A DNA stretch of 53,210 bases, counting the filler, from Sphacelaria rigidula (lineage: Eukaryota): NCBI GenBank assembly GCA_964200075.2. It is 4 parts of 4 records of this genome, joined end to end, with 100 filler letters (N's around TTAATTAATTAA, not from the genome) between each part and the next. Parts side by side here need not be neighbours in the genome. Positions count along the whole stretch, not along the records: positions 13,330 to 26,556 come from CAXNAA020003049.1; positions 26,657 to 39,883 come from CAXNAA020003050.1; 2 more parts are not named here. One strand, written 5' to 3'. A program made the position numbers and the translations under genes. How positions within the stretch are numbered: position 1 is the stretch's first letter; each line of letters opens with the position of its first letter. Shown piece after piece: positions 22,832-36,400 of the stretch. The notes beneath the pieces were generated by a model, which saw only the letters and a program-made list of their open reading frames with translations, made no database searches and was not told the DNA's origin.

Positions 22832-23754
22832 CGGCTAGAGAGCAAGGGAGGAATACTGAATACAGTACTATCCGAACGCTGAGGGAAACACGACATGAAA
22901 AATCCCCGTGCTCCGGTGTGTGCCAGATATAATCGATGTGTCTCCTAGCGCCGCACGAAAAAACACATGAGTGTCGATGAAAACGTTGGATTGCGCACGT
23001 GGAGTAGGTGCAATGCATCTGCAGCTGCGGATCGCGCCGTTTATAGCGCAGACAGGGTCGTCTGTGTTGTTCGTTTGAGTTGTCGTTGATTACGGTGTGT
23101 AACACCCCCGATCAGAATTTCGAACTCAATTTTCTCGAAAGCCGCGAAGGATGCGCCATCGACACTAGTACCTTCTCAACAATCCGATCAAGATTTTTTT
23201 GCCAATGAGACCTTTCGCGAGCGCAACGTCTTGCTTCTCGAGAACATCAACACTGCATTTCCGTGCACGGCTGTGTTAGATATCGTTTGTCGTATGGTTG
23301 TACAAGCGCCGTATTTGTCTGCGTTGCTACGACCCAAATCTGCACAACACAAGAGTAGGACACACTGCAAGAGCCATCACCCGGCGATGATGAGTACGAC
23401 AGAGTAAATCCGACTCTCACCAACGTGACAGGCAGAAGAAGTCACAACTCTCCTCATCCCTATACCCAGGAATGAAGCGGCCAAGGATTTTGACATGGGA
23501 TGGGGTACATCCTATCAAGCCTTATGACAATTGTCATGCTCCAATATTTCCGCGTACAAAGTGGTTTTATAACTGCGGGTCGCGAGAAACAGAAAAAGTA
23601 TATCTACAAATTCATGTGTGGTTCATCACGATCAGGCTACCCGAAACACGGCTGTTGCTCGTGAAGCACGCCAGCTTTCATCCCAGAAAATCATCTCTGT
23701 TGGGAACAACCCCAAGGATCCACTGCAGCGTCGAAGGTCTCAGTTTCAACAATC

Positions 23755-23877
23755 ATGAGAATAAAGAAGAACAAACCGAAGCTGGCACAATCGGTGGTTG
23801 AGCCTAAACCCCCCGCATCCGAAATCCAAGCAATAAAGGTGGCCGAGGAGACGGGTAGACCGCTGACTGATACTGAG
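23755..23877 (+). CDS. Candidate coding exon of an unknown gene divergent from the Mpv17-family gene
   Basis: MRIKKNKPKLAQSVVEPKPPASEIQAIKVAEETGRPLTDTE followed by GAG|GTGCGT donor. No downstream exon confirmed. Confidence 0.35.
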
Positions 23878-24485
23878 GTGCGTTGATTGCGGGAATGCGT
23901 ACGGTGGCCAGTAACACACCAATATGTTGGCAGACCGTGGGATGAGGTTTCACTTGTCAAGCCTGAAAACCTGTCATCATCCTCTTCGATAGGTCTGGTG
24001 ACGTGCTCGGTCATTGTCATCGGCAATCACCTGACGTTACAGTACGGTGTTTGGCTGTGGCCTGTGTGGCCGCACGTTGCGCAAGCTTGGCTTGTTTTAC
24101 CGTACCAGTGCGGCTGTTACGCACTCTAGCTGCTTAATTGTGTGTGTGTACACTAATCTCATGGAATCCTCTTGTTTGATCACTAGAAATACAACATGTC
24201 CGTCTAATTCAGCATTTGACACCTCGGCACACAGCACCAAAAGATACTGCTGTGTGGGGTTAGATGACGGAGGATAACACCCCGCATGATTTTTCTTTCA
24301 AGCACTATTTCGTCGTGAAGCCGAACGTCCTGGCCATCGAAGAACCCATTTCATCGAACGAATCCCAAGAATTGTTCTCATAACACAAGTCGGAGCCATG
24401 TTGCCGCAGCACTTTCGCGAAATGAGTCCGAGAACAACGAACACCGGGCGTGACATGTCGGTAGTTGTGTGGGAACCACCACATA

Positions 24486-25031
24486 CAGTAGTGGGCGGTC
24501 TAACATTTCATTTTGTGGCATTTTCTGTTTTTCTCGTAATTGGCGATTTTCTTGGCGTATTTTTGCTCGCCACCGCTTATCACGTTGAGGATCTGAAGAT
24601 ATTTGTATCCACTCCACGTTCCAAGAAGAAAAAATGTACTCAATATTGAGTGACTTACGGGCTGACCGATCATCAGGGGCCCTGCCACGTTTCAGCCCAA
24701 ATTCCTACTCTTCGGTATTTTCGGCCAATCGAGCCTGTCCCGATCACATTTGTGAAAAAAAAAATACAGTTTTATTTTTTTGAAATTCTACCTACTCATG
24801 GCACTAGAGCTGAAAAACTGTGTTTCACGGTCAATAACACCCTGATAAAATGGGGGTATTCACTCGTTTCGCCCGATAACACCAACCAACACTGACTTGG
24901 GCTCTGTGTTTCGAGGATGATCTGTTTATTGTACCAAAATCTACGGACGCTAGCAATTTCGAGTACCATCGAAGAGTAGTACGCGAGGAAAACCCCCAAA
25001 CACCCCTGAATAGTTAGACCGCCCACTACTG
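24486..25031. mobile_element. Tc1/mariner-type MITE, 546 bp
   Basis: Perfect 19-bp TIRs CAGTAGTGGGCGGTCTAAC / GTTAGACCGCCCACTACTG, with TA on both flanks (24484-85 and 25032-33). No ORF. Confidence 0.9.
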
Positions 25032-25634
25032 TAGAAGTCATAAAGTCCCACGAGTGTCTGTCAAAGAATCACCTTTTCACAGTTGTAAGTATAATAGTTG
25101 ATCGCCCCCGATCGTACCGTATTGGAAAACCTGAAATGTTGCAGCAGTGAGGCGAGTTTATCCCCAACTCAGCGCCAACAGACGATGGTCGGCACAATCT
25201 TTGTTTATGTCAAACTATAATGCAAATCCTCACCTGAGGCAAGCCGAGAACCCTCGGACAAGAATATACAAAGATATCCTGGACAGGGTGTACTGTGTTT
25301 TGGCTCAACTTCAGCTGCGGGCGAGCGCTTGGGACTGAGCCCTGTAAAGGCCCAAATGTGATTGTCCACCGTAAAATGAAGTATGCATTCAATCATCGCT
25401 CATTGTCGCCGAATTGGGTTAAACTAAACTGGGTGCAGCTGTATGTAGCGACTTAGCAACATTCTCTCTTCGTGTGGTTTGGGGTTATTCGGTGTGCTTT
25501 CTGGATGATCGTGTCCACCAAGTGCTCCAGTAGAGTATGTAGCACGGTCAGCAAAAATCTACAAAATATTCCGCTCGTGGGTCAAGTCATTTCACTATTC
25601 ACAATTTCGCACACAAACTAGCAATTTAGGATTC

Positions 25635-25832
25635 GTAGACAAAATTCGACTTGATGGTTGACGAGGGAAAGGAACTGCTGAACTCCTCTCGCGATAAATG
25701 TTAGAGGCAAGCACCGCAGAAGGAAGCTCAGGAAATTAAAAAAATAATAATCCTGTGTTGGCCTTCCTCCTGTGTGACCCCGGCTGGTGCGCCCGCACAT
25801 ACCGATAGGTGTAGACCGGCGTCCACAATAGA
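25635..25832 (+). mobile_element. SINE family S2, 3' part
   Basis: Reverse complement of 26262-26475 (CCTTCCTCCTGTGTGACCCCGGCTGGTGCG core). Confidence 0.75.
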
Positions 25833-26261
25833 TAGAACGAGGGGCCCCATATCAGGAAATTCATGCACCCCCGCTACCCCCCTACCCGCGATCGAGAAGG
25901 AGGAAATTGCCAAATCCATTAGGGAAAAACCTTATTTTTCCTATTTCTCCACTAGCACACGGAATTGGACGATCATTTAGATATCTCCAGGTTCGCCTCC
26001 ACGTGAGCAGCCCCAAACCGAGCAGTTTTGGTGTGTGTCAGTTGTTCTTGTGGCGATGGGGGAGCAATTTTACCGATTGGAAAGTGACTTTTGAGTCGCG
26101 GTGATTACTGGATAATGAATGCCGAGTCCCGCTGGCTTTTGCAAGACCGGTTGTTACCGACCTGGCACTATCGCAGTGATACGGCCGCCATGCTAAGGAA
26201 GGCGGTGTACGACAATCAGTTCTGTACTGCCACTGTGTTGTGTTGTGTGTGTTGTCATCTC

Positions 26262-26556
26262 ATCTATTCTGGGCGCCGGTTTACACCTTTCGGTATATGT
26301 GGCGCACCAGCCGGGGTCACACAGGAGGAAGGTCAACACGAGAGCAATATATATATTTTCTTTTTTTTAGTACCCCCCCCCCCCCCCGTCATTCTGCGGT
26401 GCGCACCGTCATTTCTTATTGCGAGAGGCGTTCAGCAGGCCCTTTTCCTCGTCGACCATCAGGTCGAATTTTGTGTACCCACGACATAGTCGCTCTCCAC
26501 TGTTGGGCATCGTGTGAGAAAAAATCCCAGATCGCTCCGAGAATTGAACCCACGAC
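26262..26556 (-). mobile_element. SINE family S2, head truncated by contig end
   Basis: 26470-26556 is the reverse complement of the tRNA-like head/body at 53125-53210; the body is shared with 25635-25832. Confidence 0.8.
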
Positions 26557-26656
26557 NNNNNNNNNNNNNNNNNNNNNNNNNNNNNNNNNNNNNNNNNNNN
26601 TTAATTAATTAANNNNNNNNNNNNNNNNNNNNNNNNNNNNNNNNNNNNNNNNNNNN
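26557..26656. other. Artificial assembly linker
   Basis: 100-nt N/TTAATTAATTAA/N block. Confidence 0.98.
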
Positions 26657-28265
26657 CCCAGCTTCCGAGCGCGGTCTAGATATTATTGAATAAGATTCAG
26701 GTATGATGACCTCTCGCCCTTACAAGGCTCGTACAATCGAATTGCTACAGGTAGCCAGTACATGCAGCAACGAAATTTCAGTAATATACCGGGCTGGATC
26801 CACTGCCTACTGCTGCCGTTGCTCTAAAGCTATTCTCAGGCAAGACCTTCCTGGTCAGCGCTTGACCGCGCGGGTCACGAACGCAATGGCAAGCGGTTAA
26901 TCATAGGACACCCCTGCTCCTAACCATATCTCGCCTCAGCTTAGGATGACTCTCCTCACATAACAATTTCTTGCGACAGACACCCGCACACACACCATGT
27001 GACCAGTTGTACAACAGAGAAGCTCCAGTGCAGGACGTCAGCCCCCATTTCGGTCATGCCAGCAGGAGTTAAGTCACCCGCGCGAGATATCTATTCACAC
27101 TCCGCATACCAAGAAATTCTAAACGACTATGTGGTCTCTCGTACATCCATCCCCCCAACTGGGGGTCTGATGACTATGGCATGCATGATCATGAGTACAC
27201 AACTGGGATGTAGCAGACTGCTGTCCTTGCTTTGCAGACGTCGGGTGAAATCAACGACTACAGTAACACCCCCCCGCGCTTTCGATTATCAGATCTTGCC
27301 GCAAGGGCGTAACCGTCCTTGCTCGCATGTATGTGTGTGAGAACGGTAGTGGTGACGGGAACACCGCCGTGCTTCTCGACGACGTGTTCTGCTGCACACA
27401 GAGGTGCTTCCTGTCCAAGCAAACAAGCAGAGAGGAATCGATATTTGCATTGGTCAGCGCCACAGACAGGAGACGACAACCGGGGCATCCCGCGATCTCG
27501 TCTCCGCGGCTGTGCTACAACAACCCGCCTGCCGACACATGGCAATCTGGGTATGAGCTGGTACTACAACAGGACGCCAATCTCTGCAGCGATTGGAAAT
27601 AGCCGAACGAGGACACACAGAGGACGCCGGCGAGGAGCTTCTTCTCCGCCGTTGCTCCTCTCATGATATCGCCATCGACACGCGAGTGCACCGCATTCAT
27701 TTGGTGCACCTGAACACAGCGGCGTACTACAACAGAAACTCTGGTTGCGAAAATGCTTTCCCGTGGTGATACTGTTTGGCATAAATTCTCGGTTTTTCGA
27801 AGGCGGGTTGAACCTCATTTTAGTGTTGGACCCCATTTTTTAGGATCGACTGCTATTCTAGCTTTTCTGTGTAGGTGCTTGGAATACTTGGGTTCACCCT
27901 GGGGGCGTGAGTCGAAACGGTGCACATCAAAGGATTGCGCCAGTTCTGCGGGTCGGATCCGGACTCATGGTCTCCTGATCCCGTGGTGGACGCCTCTACC
28001 GACGACGTCATACTGTATTGATCGTTTTTTCTATCCTCTCCGGGTTGTTCCGAGATTTCTTCCCCCCTTATAAGAATTTGACGCATAATTATTTTGTCGT
28101 TTATAGCATATTCTGTGATCATTTTGTCGGCGCGATACGCCGTCAACTTGCATCAGCGGTGACGCACGCGAGCTTTTCAAGATGGGCTCGGGAATGCTGA
28201 GATCTCGCGCATGAACGTATGAGCGCTGAACTGGTGTCTGCATGGCCGTTCGTGTATCTGGGGAA

Positions 28266-28550
28266 GGGGGGGGGTACTCATGATCTTGCGTGCCACAGTC
28301 ATGTGACCAATGACTGCACGTCCCTACAAAGCCTGGACTGAGCACGCCGGATTTTCGCCGGACAAGGCACGCAATCAATCGCCAAGCGCGAAGCGCCGTG
28401 ATATGTTTGGCGCGTCGCATGAAGGATGAGCCGCATCTTGCTGACATTGCTCGGCCCGAAGCGTATTGGATTATCTTGCATATGGATGACAGCCTTCATC
28501 GAGTTTGCTTTATTTTCTGGTATCGCCACTTCCAGAGACAGTCATGGGTT
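28266..28550 (-). mobile_element. Repeat family A copy
   Basis: Reverse complement of 1140-1416. Confidence 0.8.
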
Positions 28551-28997
28551 GTACACTGCCTCATGGGTGTCTCACCATTTAAACACTCAGTAGTATGATC
28601 ATCCCCTTTGCGCGGAATTGAGGTTCTCCCGCCGCACAATATGGTCGAGCTCGACCACCGTAGTCACCGCAAAAAAACGCAAGCGCCCAGAAAAACGGTG
28701 ACCTGCCTGTCTAGCTTACGCAGCGAGTGGCGCATTTTACGGCGTAGCTGCCAACCGACACCAACCCCATGGGGAACACAAGGGGGAAAAGGGGAGAGAC
28801 ACAGGAGAAGGCAGCTTCCCAAGAGGTACAGCGAGGCTGCTGCCGAGAGTAAACAGTATTTTCAATTTTGTCATGATCTTCAGTAGGGGGGAAACAACGT
28901 GTAGTCAACGTTACTCATTTCCTGAGCGTCGATTCTGCAGTACACAATATCCCTTTTGGTTCCACTTCTCATGTAACCTTCTGCGGAAAAAATTTAG

Positions 28998-31900
28998 GAG
29001 GCGTTGGAAGTTCTGCGACGTGAAAGCGAGGCATATTCGAGGGAGAGCGCTAAGGGGACTGCGCGTTTAGAGGCAATCAGCCGAGAGTATAATGACAAGC
29101 TCGACAGGACTGCTACGGCAGAGGCTAAGCTTAGTTTGTGAGTACTAACTAGCTCTAATGAAGGAGGCAGTTCCAATTCGACTGTGAGGTAGTTACGTCG
29201 CACATAGTCTTTGCGTGTATAGTAATCAAAGTGGCGTGACCGCCAAATAATGTTTCATTTGTTATCACTGGCGTACATCATGTTATGACAAGAATGCCTT
29301 AATGCCTCACCCAATGTGGCGGTAATAGACGAGTAAGGCATACGCTATCGACACGACGTGGTTGGTTCCCGTAGATGCCGTGGTTTCCCCATCGCCGTTA
29401 CACTCACAACGCGTACGCGTTTTCCGTGTAGATCAAGTCCTCATTTTCCAGTAAGACGATGGTTCGAGGGATTCACTTGTCCTGTGCTGGCCACACCTTG
29501 CCCCCCTCTCCGTTCCCACCCCTGACCCCTCCTATTCAATGATAACTGCGTGCTCATGTTCAGCATTTCCGGTGTGCCAGATATGACAGCAGCCCCGTCA
29601 TTCAGCCACAGCACATCTCCCGGCGCCCTCAGTAGCACTTGGCGATTGGACTTGGCGGTCACACCAACCTTGACCCTCCCTGTCAAGCATACCTCCTCGG
29701 TGGCCGAACAGCTGAAGCATACAAACATGGGTACAATGAAGTATTTTACTCTACGAATATTAAACATGGATACTTTCTGCGATGGCCCGATCCCCCCCCC
29801 CCCCCAAAGTGGCCGATTTGGGGAGGCAAAATCTTGACATATATCGAAAAAGAAAATGCCGAGCAAAACGAGCACCTGCGAATTCCAACGCTTGGGTTCG
29901 TTTTCGCCTATGTCGCTCAAATGAGGCGCCTCATGCAGCTTGAAACCGAACACCAGGCACTGTTTGACCATTTTCTTCGTGGCAGTTATGGGCTGGTTTT
30001 CTGAGGTGGCTATCGTAGCAATAAGTGTCGATGTGCGCAACCATGGTGTGCAGATTGTGTCGACTCCACTCACCCAGAAAAACCCCACTGCCGCTTCCCA
30101 CCCCCACACGCACCTTCTCCGTAACCGCAACCGTGACAGGACTAACCGTCTCATCAACAGGGCCGAGCTGGAGCGAGAGAGAGCTCGGAAAGCTCTGAAT
30201 AAACGGGTTGCACAGTTGACCGACTGTTTCGGCATCGAGCAGAAGCGTTTCGCGAGCGAGGTCAACCAGCTCGAGGTAGCGAGCAACGATGAAGGTCAGC
30301 TCTCCCTCAACACAATCAATAAGAGAGGGCATCGCTGTCATGAGATTGCAGCAGAGCTCGTGTTTCATTTTGAAGAGGGGACAGAAAGCATGGGGATGGG
30401 GGGAGTGTTGACCATCGATCATCTGTGCGAGACTTTTCTGCTGTAATCTGTGGTGGGGAGAGAGGGGGCGGGCGATAGAGATGGAGGGGCGGGGGCGGGA
30501 CCGGTTATTTCGAATGTTCACGGTGGGCAGGGGAACGTGCTGCTGTGTACGACCCTAACATTCCATCTGGGGCGTTTCTCCACGAGCTTGCATCAGACAA
30601 TACGGAATGCGTTCTCTTCACTGTTTTCGGGAAGTACTGTTCGATCCCTTTCGAGCAATCTGGAGATAAGGAGCTGCATCCATGGATTTTTTTCAAATCA
30701 CGGGCACCAAGACGCCCTGTGGGTTTCTGCGCTGTGCACGGACAGCCGCTTGCATTTTACTCTCGCCCACGTTGGTAAAGTGCAACATTGATGACATCAC
30801 TAGCGTACGGAGTACCTCACAATTTTTCCCATCCTGAGAACAATATTTTGCAGAATCGCCAAGCAGTTGCCGCCGGAATACCGTGGGAGCTCACCGTTAC
30901 ACGTGCAGCCCCATGCATTTCTTCCATAATCAGAGTGTTACCTATTGCGTACGTATACGTTTCTGGGGAAAGCAGCGCCAACGGCGATGACGGTGAACGA
31001 CGCCACATTCCAGTATCATGCACGTGTACGTGCCATGTCGGACTGCTTAGTGTCGACTCAACAGCAGCTCACGATACTGAAGTCGGAGGGGAAGAGAGAG
31101 AGGCGGGCCGCCGAAAGAGCAAGGTATAGATTGGCCGGAAAGATGCTGCTCGGATGCTGCAATGCAGCTTGTGAAACGGCACGGGGTCAGGCATTGGCGT
31201 CTTGTCGTATGCTTTGATGTTTCGTTCTGACACTAATAGTCTATGTGTCGAGGCGTGATGGAGGTTTGCGCGGTACGGCAAACCCGGATTTTTGCCGGAG
31301 GAAGGAAACTTGTAATCTGCGTGGCCTGTTGGCTAGGTGTATTGGATATCCAAGGCAACAAAATGCCGCGATACTGCATCTTTTCCAATCGATTAGGACT
31401 GCGTACACGGCAAGGGGCAAGGTCAGGTTGACAGCGAAGTGATCGCGCCAAAACTGCGCAGAATATGGTATTTACAGTCACACTCAGGTTTTTCCCCACT
31501 TTCAGGGAAGCAAGGTCTTACATGCTGTCGATAACGACCGTCACTGGTTGTCGCAAGCGCCAACCGCTACAGCCGAGGTGCACTCGTGAACTAAGGCGGG
31601 GAACAAAATACGATCGACTATGTAAGGGTGGCCATAGTGCAGTTTGGTTTTCATGATCGACTAAGCGTCATCCATGTGACCACCGTGTACCTCCCGACAG
31701 ACGCTTTGTATCGTGCGTTGGTTTTCGTTTTATGCGTTCTCGACAGGAAGCACCTGACGATGCAGGTTAGTCAGCTGGAGGCGCAGCTCAAGTGCGCGGG
31801 AGAGGGAGTCGAGCAACAGAGGAAAGAAATGACGGCCGTTTTGCTGAGGCTTGCGAGTGCTTTGGAGGGAGTCGACGCTCAGCTAACCGAATCTACGGTA

Positions 31901-33335
31901 CGGGCGGTAAACACATATACCCTCTCCTTTGAAGTCATTTTGCAGTACGGGCTACACGTTCGTGCCTAGATGTTTTTCTCATTGAGGGGCTCCTAAAGGT
32001 GTAGCTACGTAAGATATATGGGTCAGATCATCGCAGTTCTAAAATACATCCGGGATGTCCCTAACCCGTTGGCATGCTAATCGTGGTGTAATCTCGCATA
32101 TTTGATGTATCGCTTTTTGGATGAAATATTGGGGTCATACCTTTTCAAACCTGAGGAGCATTTTGTGCACCCGTACGGTGCCATGGATTTTTTGTCGTCG
32201 AACGGCAACAGGAAGCGGAAAGCCGGGGGGGAGGGGGGGGAGGGATATTGTGAACGGGGAGCAACACATGTTTTGATTTCATTTATCGAATACCAGTAGG
32301 AGGTGGGAGGGCGGGGGCACTCTGTCCAAGTACATCGCCTTTTGAAAGACAAAAATATACGGCGGGACTGGGGGTGGTGATGGTGGTGTTCCAGGGGGGA
32401 GGTGCAGGGTATTTATAATCTTGCGTGCCATAGTCATATGACCAGTGACCCTGCATCCCTACAAAGCCGGGACGGAGCACGCCAGGTTTTGGCCGGATTA
32501 GGCTCGCAATCGACCACCAAGTGACAAGCGCCGTCATGTGTTCGGCGAGTCGCATGAAGGGTGAGCTGCATCCTGCTGAGGTTGTTCGACCCGAAGCGTG
32601 CTCATTATATCGCATGTGGGATGACAACCTCCTATGAGTTGCTTCATTTTCTGGTATCGCCACTTCCAGCGAGAGCCACGGGTTCCACATTGCCTCATAT
32701 GTGTCTCACCATAGTGGAGAGGAGGGGAGGAGGGGGGGTGTACTCATGATCATGCATGCCACAGTCATAAGACTATTAAGGAGGGGGGGGAGGGGGGGCG
32801 TACTCATTTGTTGCTTGCCTTAGTCGTTTGGCCATTGAACACCCACCCCTTTCGAGACGGAACACTTCGAGAGGGGTTAGAAGTGTTGGACGTTCGGGCT
32901 TGAACCAACGTCGCCAACCACATAGCCCAATAGTTCGACTGGCGTGACCACTGAGCCCGGGGGAGGGGAAACACACACATTCGCTAGAACCCGATCCCGA
33001 TCCTTATTCTGGTGCTGATCCCGATCCCGATCCACCTTCATCTGAATTATTTCAGCAAAATATGTCTGGGACGATAACACCGGTAACCCGATGGGGTACT
33101 AGGCACAGACAGACCTGATCACTTGTACTAGTCTAGGAGGAACATTCCAGGTGACGATAATGGGAATACTGGGCGGGTTGCAGCGAAGCGTTCGCAAAAA
33201 AAAAGAAGCAGCGTAGTTGACGTTGGTAGAGACAGGAAGAAAATCGATCGATGAGACACAGTCAGGATTCAAACGGCCGTTCGTCCCCCCCGAACCCTTG
33301 AACACACATACGTACAAGTATACAGACACACACAC

Positions 33336-33411
<76 letters not shown>

Positions 33412-36400
33412 ATCGATCTGTTTCGTATTCAGGTTATGAGCCCAAACCGCGAGACCGGTCGTGCACTGCGGAGGGCACAGGAGGTCTTTCGCCGGAACCG
33501 GCGCCTCGTGCAGCAACTACTAGAAAAGGAAGATCAGGGGCAGTACAAGGTCACGCACGTCACGGACACCAAGGCTCAGGTACGTACATATAGCTAGGTG
33601 CATGTCGGACTTGATCCGCAGTGCCAGTAAAGCGACCGTTTTTCTCCAGAGAGTCGAAGCGAACAACGCGAAAGGGCGAAGCAGGAGATGGACCGGGTGT
33701 TGGCTGATCGGTCTTGGATGCGTTCACGATTTTTCTTCAAATTATGTATGTGTATGTATATATATATCTAGAGAGAGAGAAGGCCTCAGTAGTACAAACG
33801 AGCTGTTAAACTGAGTTTGTCTGACGAGAGCCGACGCGGTGCGCCAGTGCTTGGTCATGATCCAATGTGCGAGACCAAAATGCAACGCGTGTACCGGGGG
33901 AGACATGGTTTGATCCCACGGATTCGTCCCAAGGAAGGGAAGGGGTTCAAAAGTGTGAAGAAAAAAAACATTCCCCGCTGTTAGGGCTTTTTGTGCGACG
34001 GATGAAAGCTTTGAACGTAACTAACTCATCATCAGGTTGTTGAGGCACACGGAAGGTAGGTTCAGTGCTGTTATAAGATGCTTCGTCATTACTGGTTCCC
34101 CACGTCCCTCGAAGAGGAGGGAAAGACAGACTGATGGTCTGTACGGGTGACAAGAACGCAGCTATGCGCGGTTTCCTCAAAGGGTGATCCCGCGTGTGCA
34201 ATGATCTAGAATAGTAAATACGCGATGGTACACAATTTCCCGGGTGTTGCCTCTTTACGAATGCATGCGTTCCACTCCAGCATCGATTTGATACAGAACA
34301 GGGTTCATCCAATATTGTGTTGGGCTGAAAGTAAAATCGGAACGATTGTATATCAAAGTGTGTGCTACAAGCTAGAACATGATAATTACGATGTGTTCAG
34401 CTACCATTCTTTATGCCCACAAAAGAATCCAATCAGAATAATATGAACAAAAGAGAGCAACTTGAGATTGCACCCGAGGATGTCGTACTGTTTTTGTTGC
34501 AAGTTGTACACGTCGTGATAATCAATTCACGAACGTTCACACTACGCAGCTGCGCACGCAACAAATCAGCATCGATCGATATTAATTTAGTATATCCAGG
34601 CCTCTGTACCACCATGTCGTGGTCCTTCTGTTGACCGGGACTCCCTTTCCCAGAACAAGGCACAATCGTCGATCGTCGTCTTTCCTTACTCAGTGCAAGC
34701 GATTCACTGCTGTTGCGCGCCCCACATTTCGGTTTGTCGAATGTCTTCCAGAAAACATTCATTCAGAGACATACATGATCAAATACCTGGCTGAAGCTTG
34801 CCATGTTTTGCCCGGAACGGCCTTTTTTTCGTCGGCTCTCGAAACCATAAAGATGCTCAGTCTACAGGCGAACCTCAAAGAATTGGCGGGGAAGGAGAGG
34901 ATGCTCAAGTCGAACATCATGGTAATGGGCGGGGAGGTTTCTTCTCTGGGCAACGAACTCAGGTACGGGTACCGGTGACGGCTTATCGATCTCCTCGCGG
35001 GAAGCCCCGCATCCCCGGGAATATTCACGCCGCTCCTGCCGCACATACAATATGCTCCGGTCTTCTGCTAGGCATGCTATTCATTGGTCGAAGTGGTAGG
35101 GCGCACAGTACCATGGTTGTCAGTGGTCCTGCCGCTACTGGGTAGCCCTATTCGTTCGTGGTTACCTTCATGACTATACCGTGAGAGTACAATAAATAGC
35201 TGTAGCTGTGCTGTGGTCGTGCAATGGTACCCTCACCAAGGTGTCACAGGACTTGACAGTACCGTGAAGGTATCAGAGTTCCATGAATTTTCATGGAACT
35301 GTCGCGGTGCTATCATGACACTTCCGTCGGTTATTCCTTACATAGACGTCCCAGTGTAGTTCCAGTTACGTATCTGTGATGGTTTCATGCCACAAAGTTG
35401 TCATGAGGCAAGACGTTGTATCATCATGATGTTGGCACTCAGCTCAGGTGTGCACCTTACCAACACGCATATCGTAGATGTTCGCCGTATCAATATACTC
35501 TAGTGGTCCACGGCCGTAGGCGTAGGGTCACGGGTAGCTATGGGATTCAGGTTTAGGTTCAGGCTGGTGGTGGAGCTTGTAAGTGGTCAAGAGCGTGGCA
35601 CGATACGTCAATATATATACACGGCGGTTACAGTTTTGCTTGGCATCCGGTGAGAACGACGGTGGTGTGTTGCTGTGCAAAGGGGCGCTCACAAGCGTGT
35701 GGCAGACAGGTTTCAGAATGAACCTTTCGTGAATCTTAACACAAAATCAGCTGCCACAGCACTTTCAATGTTTCCGTGAAAAGTCCCGTTTACGGTGCTG
35801 CTTTTCACCCCTATGGTAGTACGATGAGGGTGGCGTAGTAGTGCTCTGGGGGGAAGTATCATTGCGATCGATAATGCCAGGCCCGCGTGTTTTGTCTTCG
35901 CACCACGTAGCGTACGCTACTACAGTATCTACGAGCCGGTCCCAGCGAAAGAGGGAGACTGTCGATGTGTCCCTAAGGATTTAGCGCTCGAAGTTTTAGG
36001 GTCACTGGAGGACCTCAAACTTTGAAGATCTGCTCTACAACAGTTCTCCGCTCTCCTGTTTCCGAAGGCAATTAGGTCCACTTGGCTGTATCTCACGAAT
36101 GATGATCGTGTTCTCTACGGGAGTCCAAGTTGTTCACCCCTCGGTGTCGTGTCTCGTCGAAACAACGGAACGTTTCCAGTATCTATGTTACTTTTTTTTG
36201 CGACAAGAGCTCCTCGCCTTGTAGCATTTTTCACCCGGACAAAGAACACACACAGCATACACTGAATCAAGCCCTTGGTGTTCAGATGCCTCCCCTTGTT
36301 GTTATGAGCCTGGTCCGGCGAAATCCCGGCGTGCTCCGGTCCGGCTTTGCAGGGATGCGAGGTCAATGTTCATATGATGACGGCGTTCGAGATCATGAGT

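Noticed and set aside
29441..30521. Long minus-strand ORFs (281 and 196 aa)
   Set aside because: Antisense to a coiled-coil exon and spanning a MITE; no coherent protein features.
33099..33516. Cys-Val or His-Thr repeat proteins
   Set aside because: Translations of the (CA)n microsatellite.
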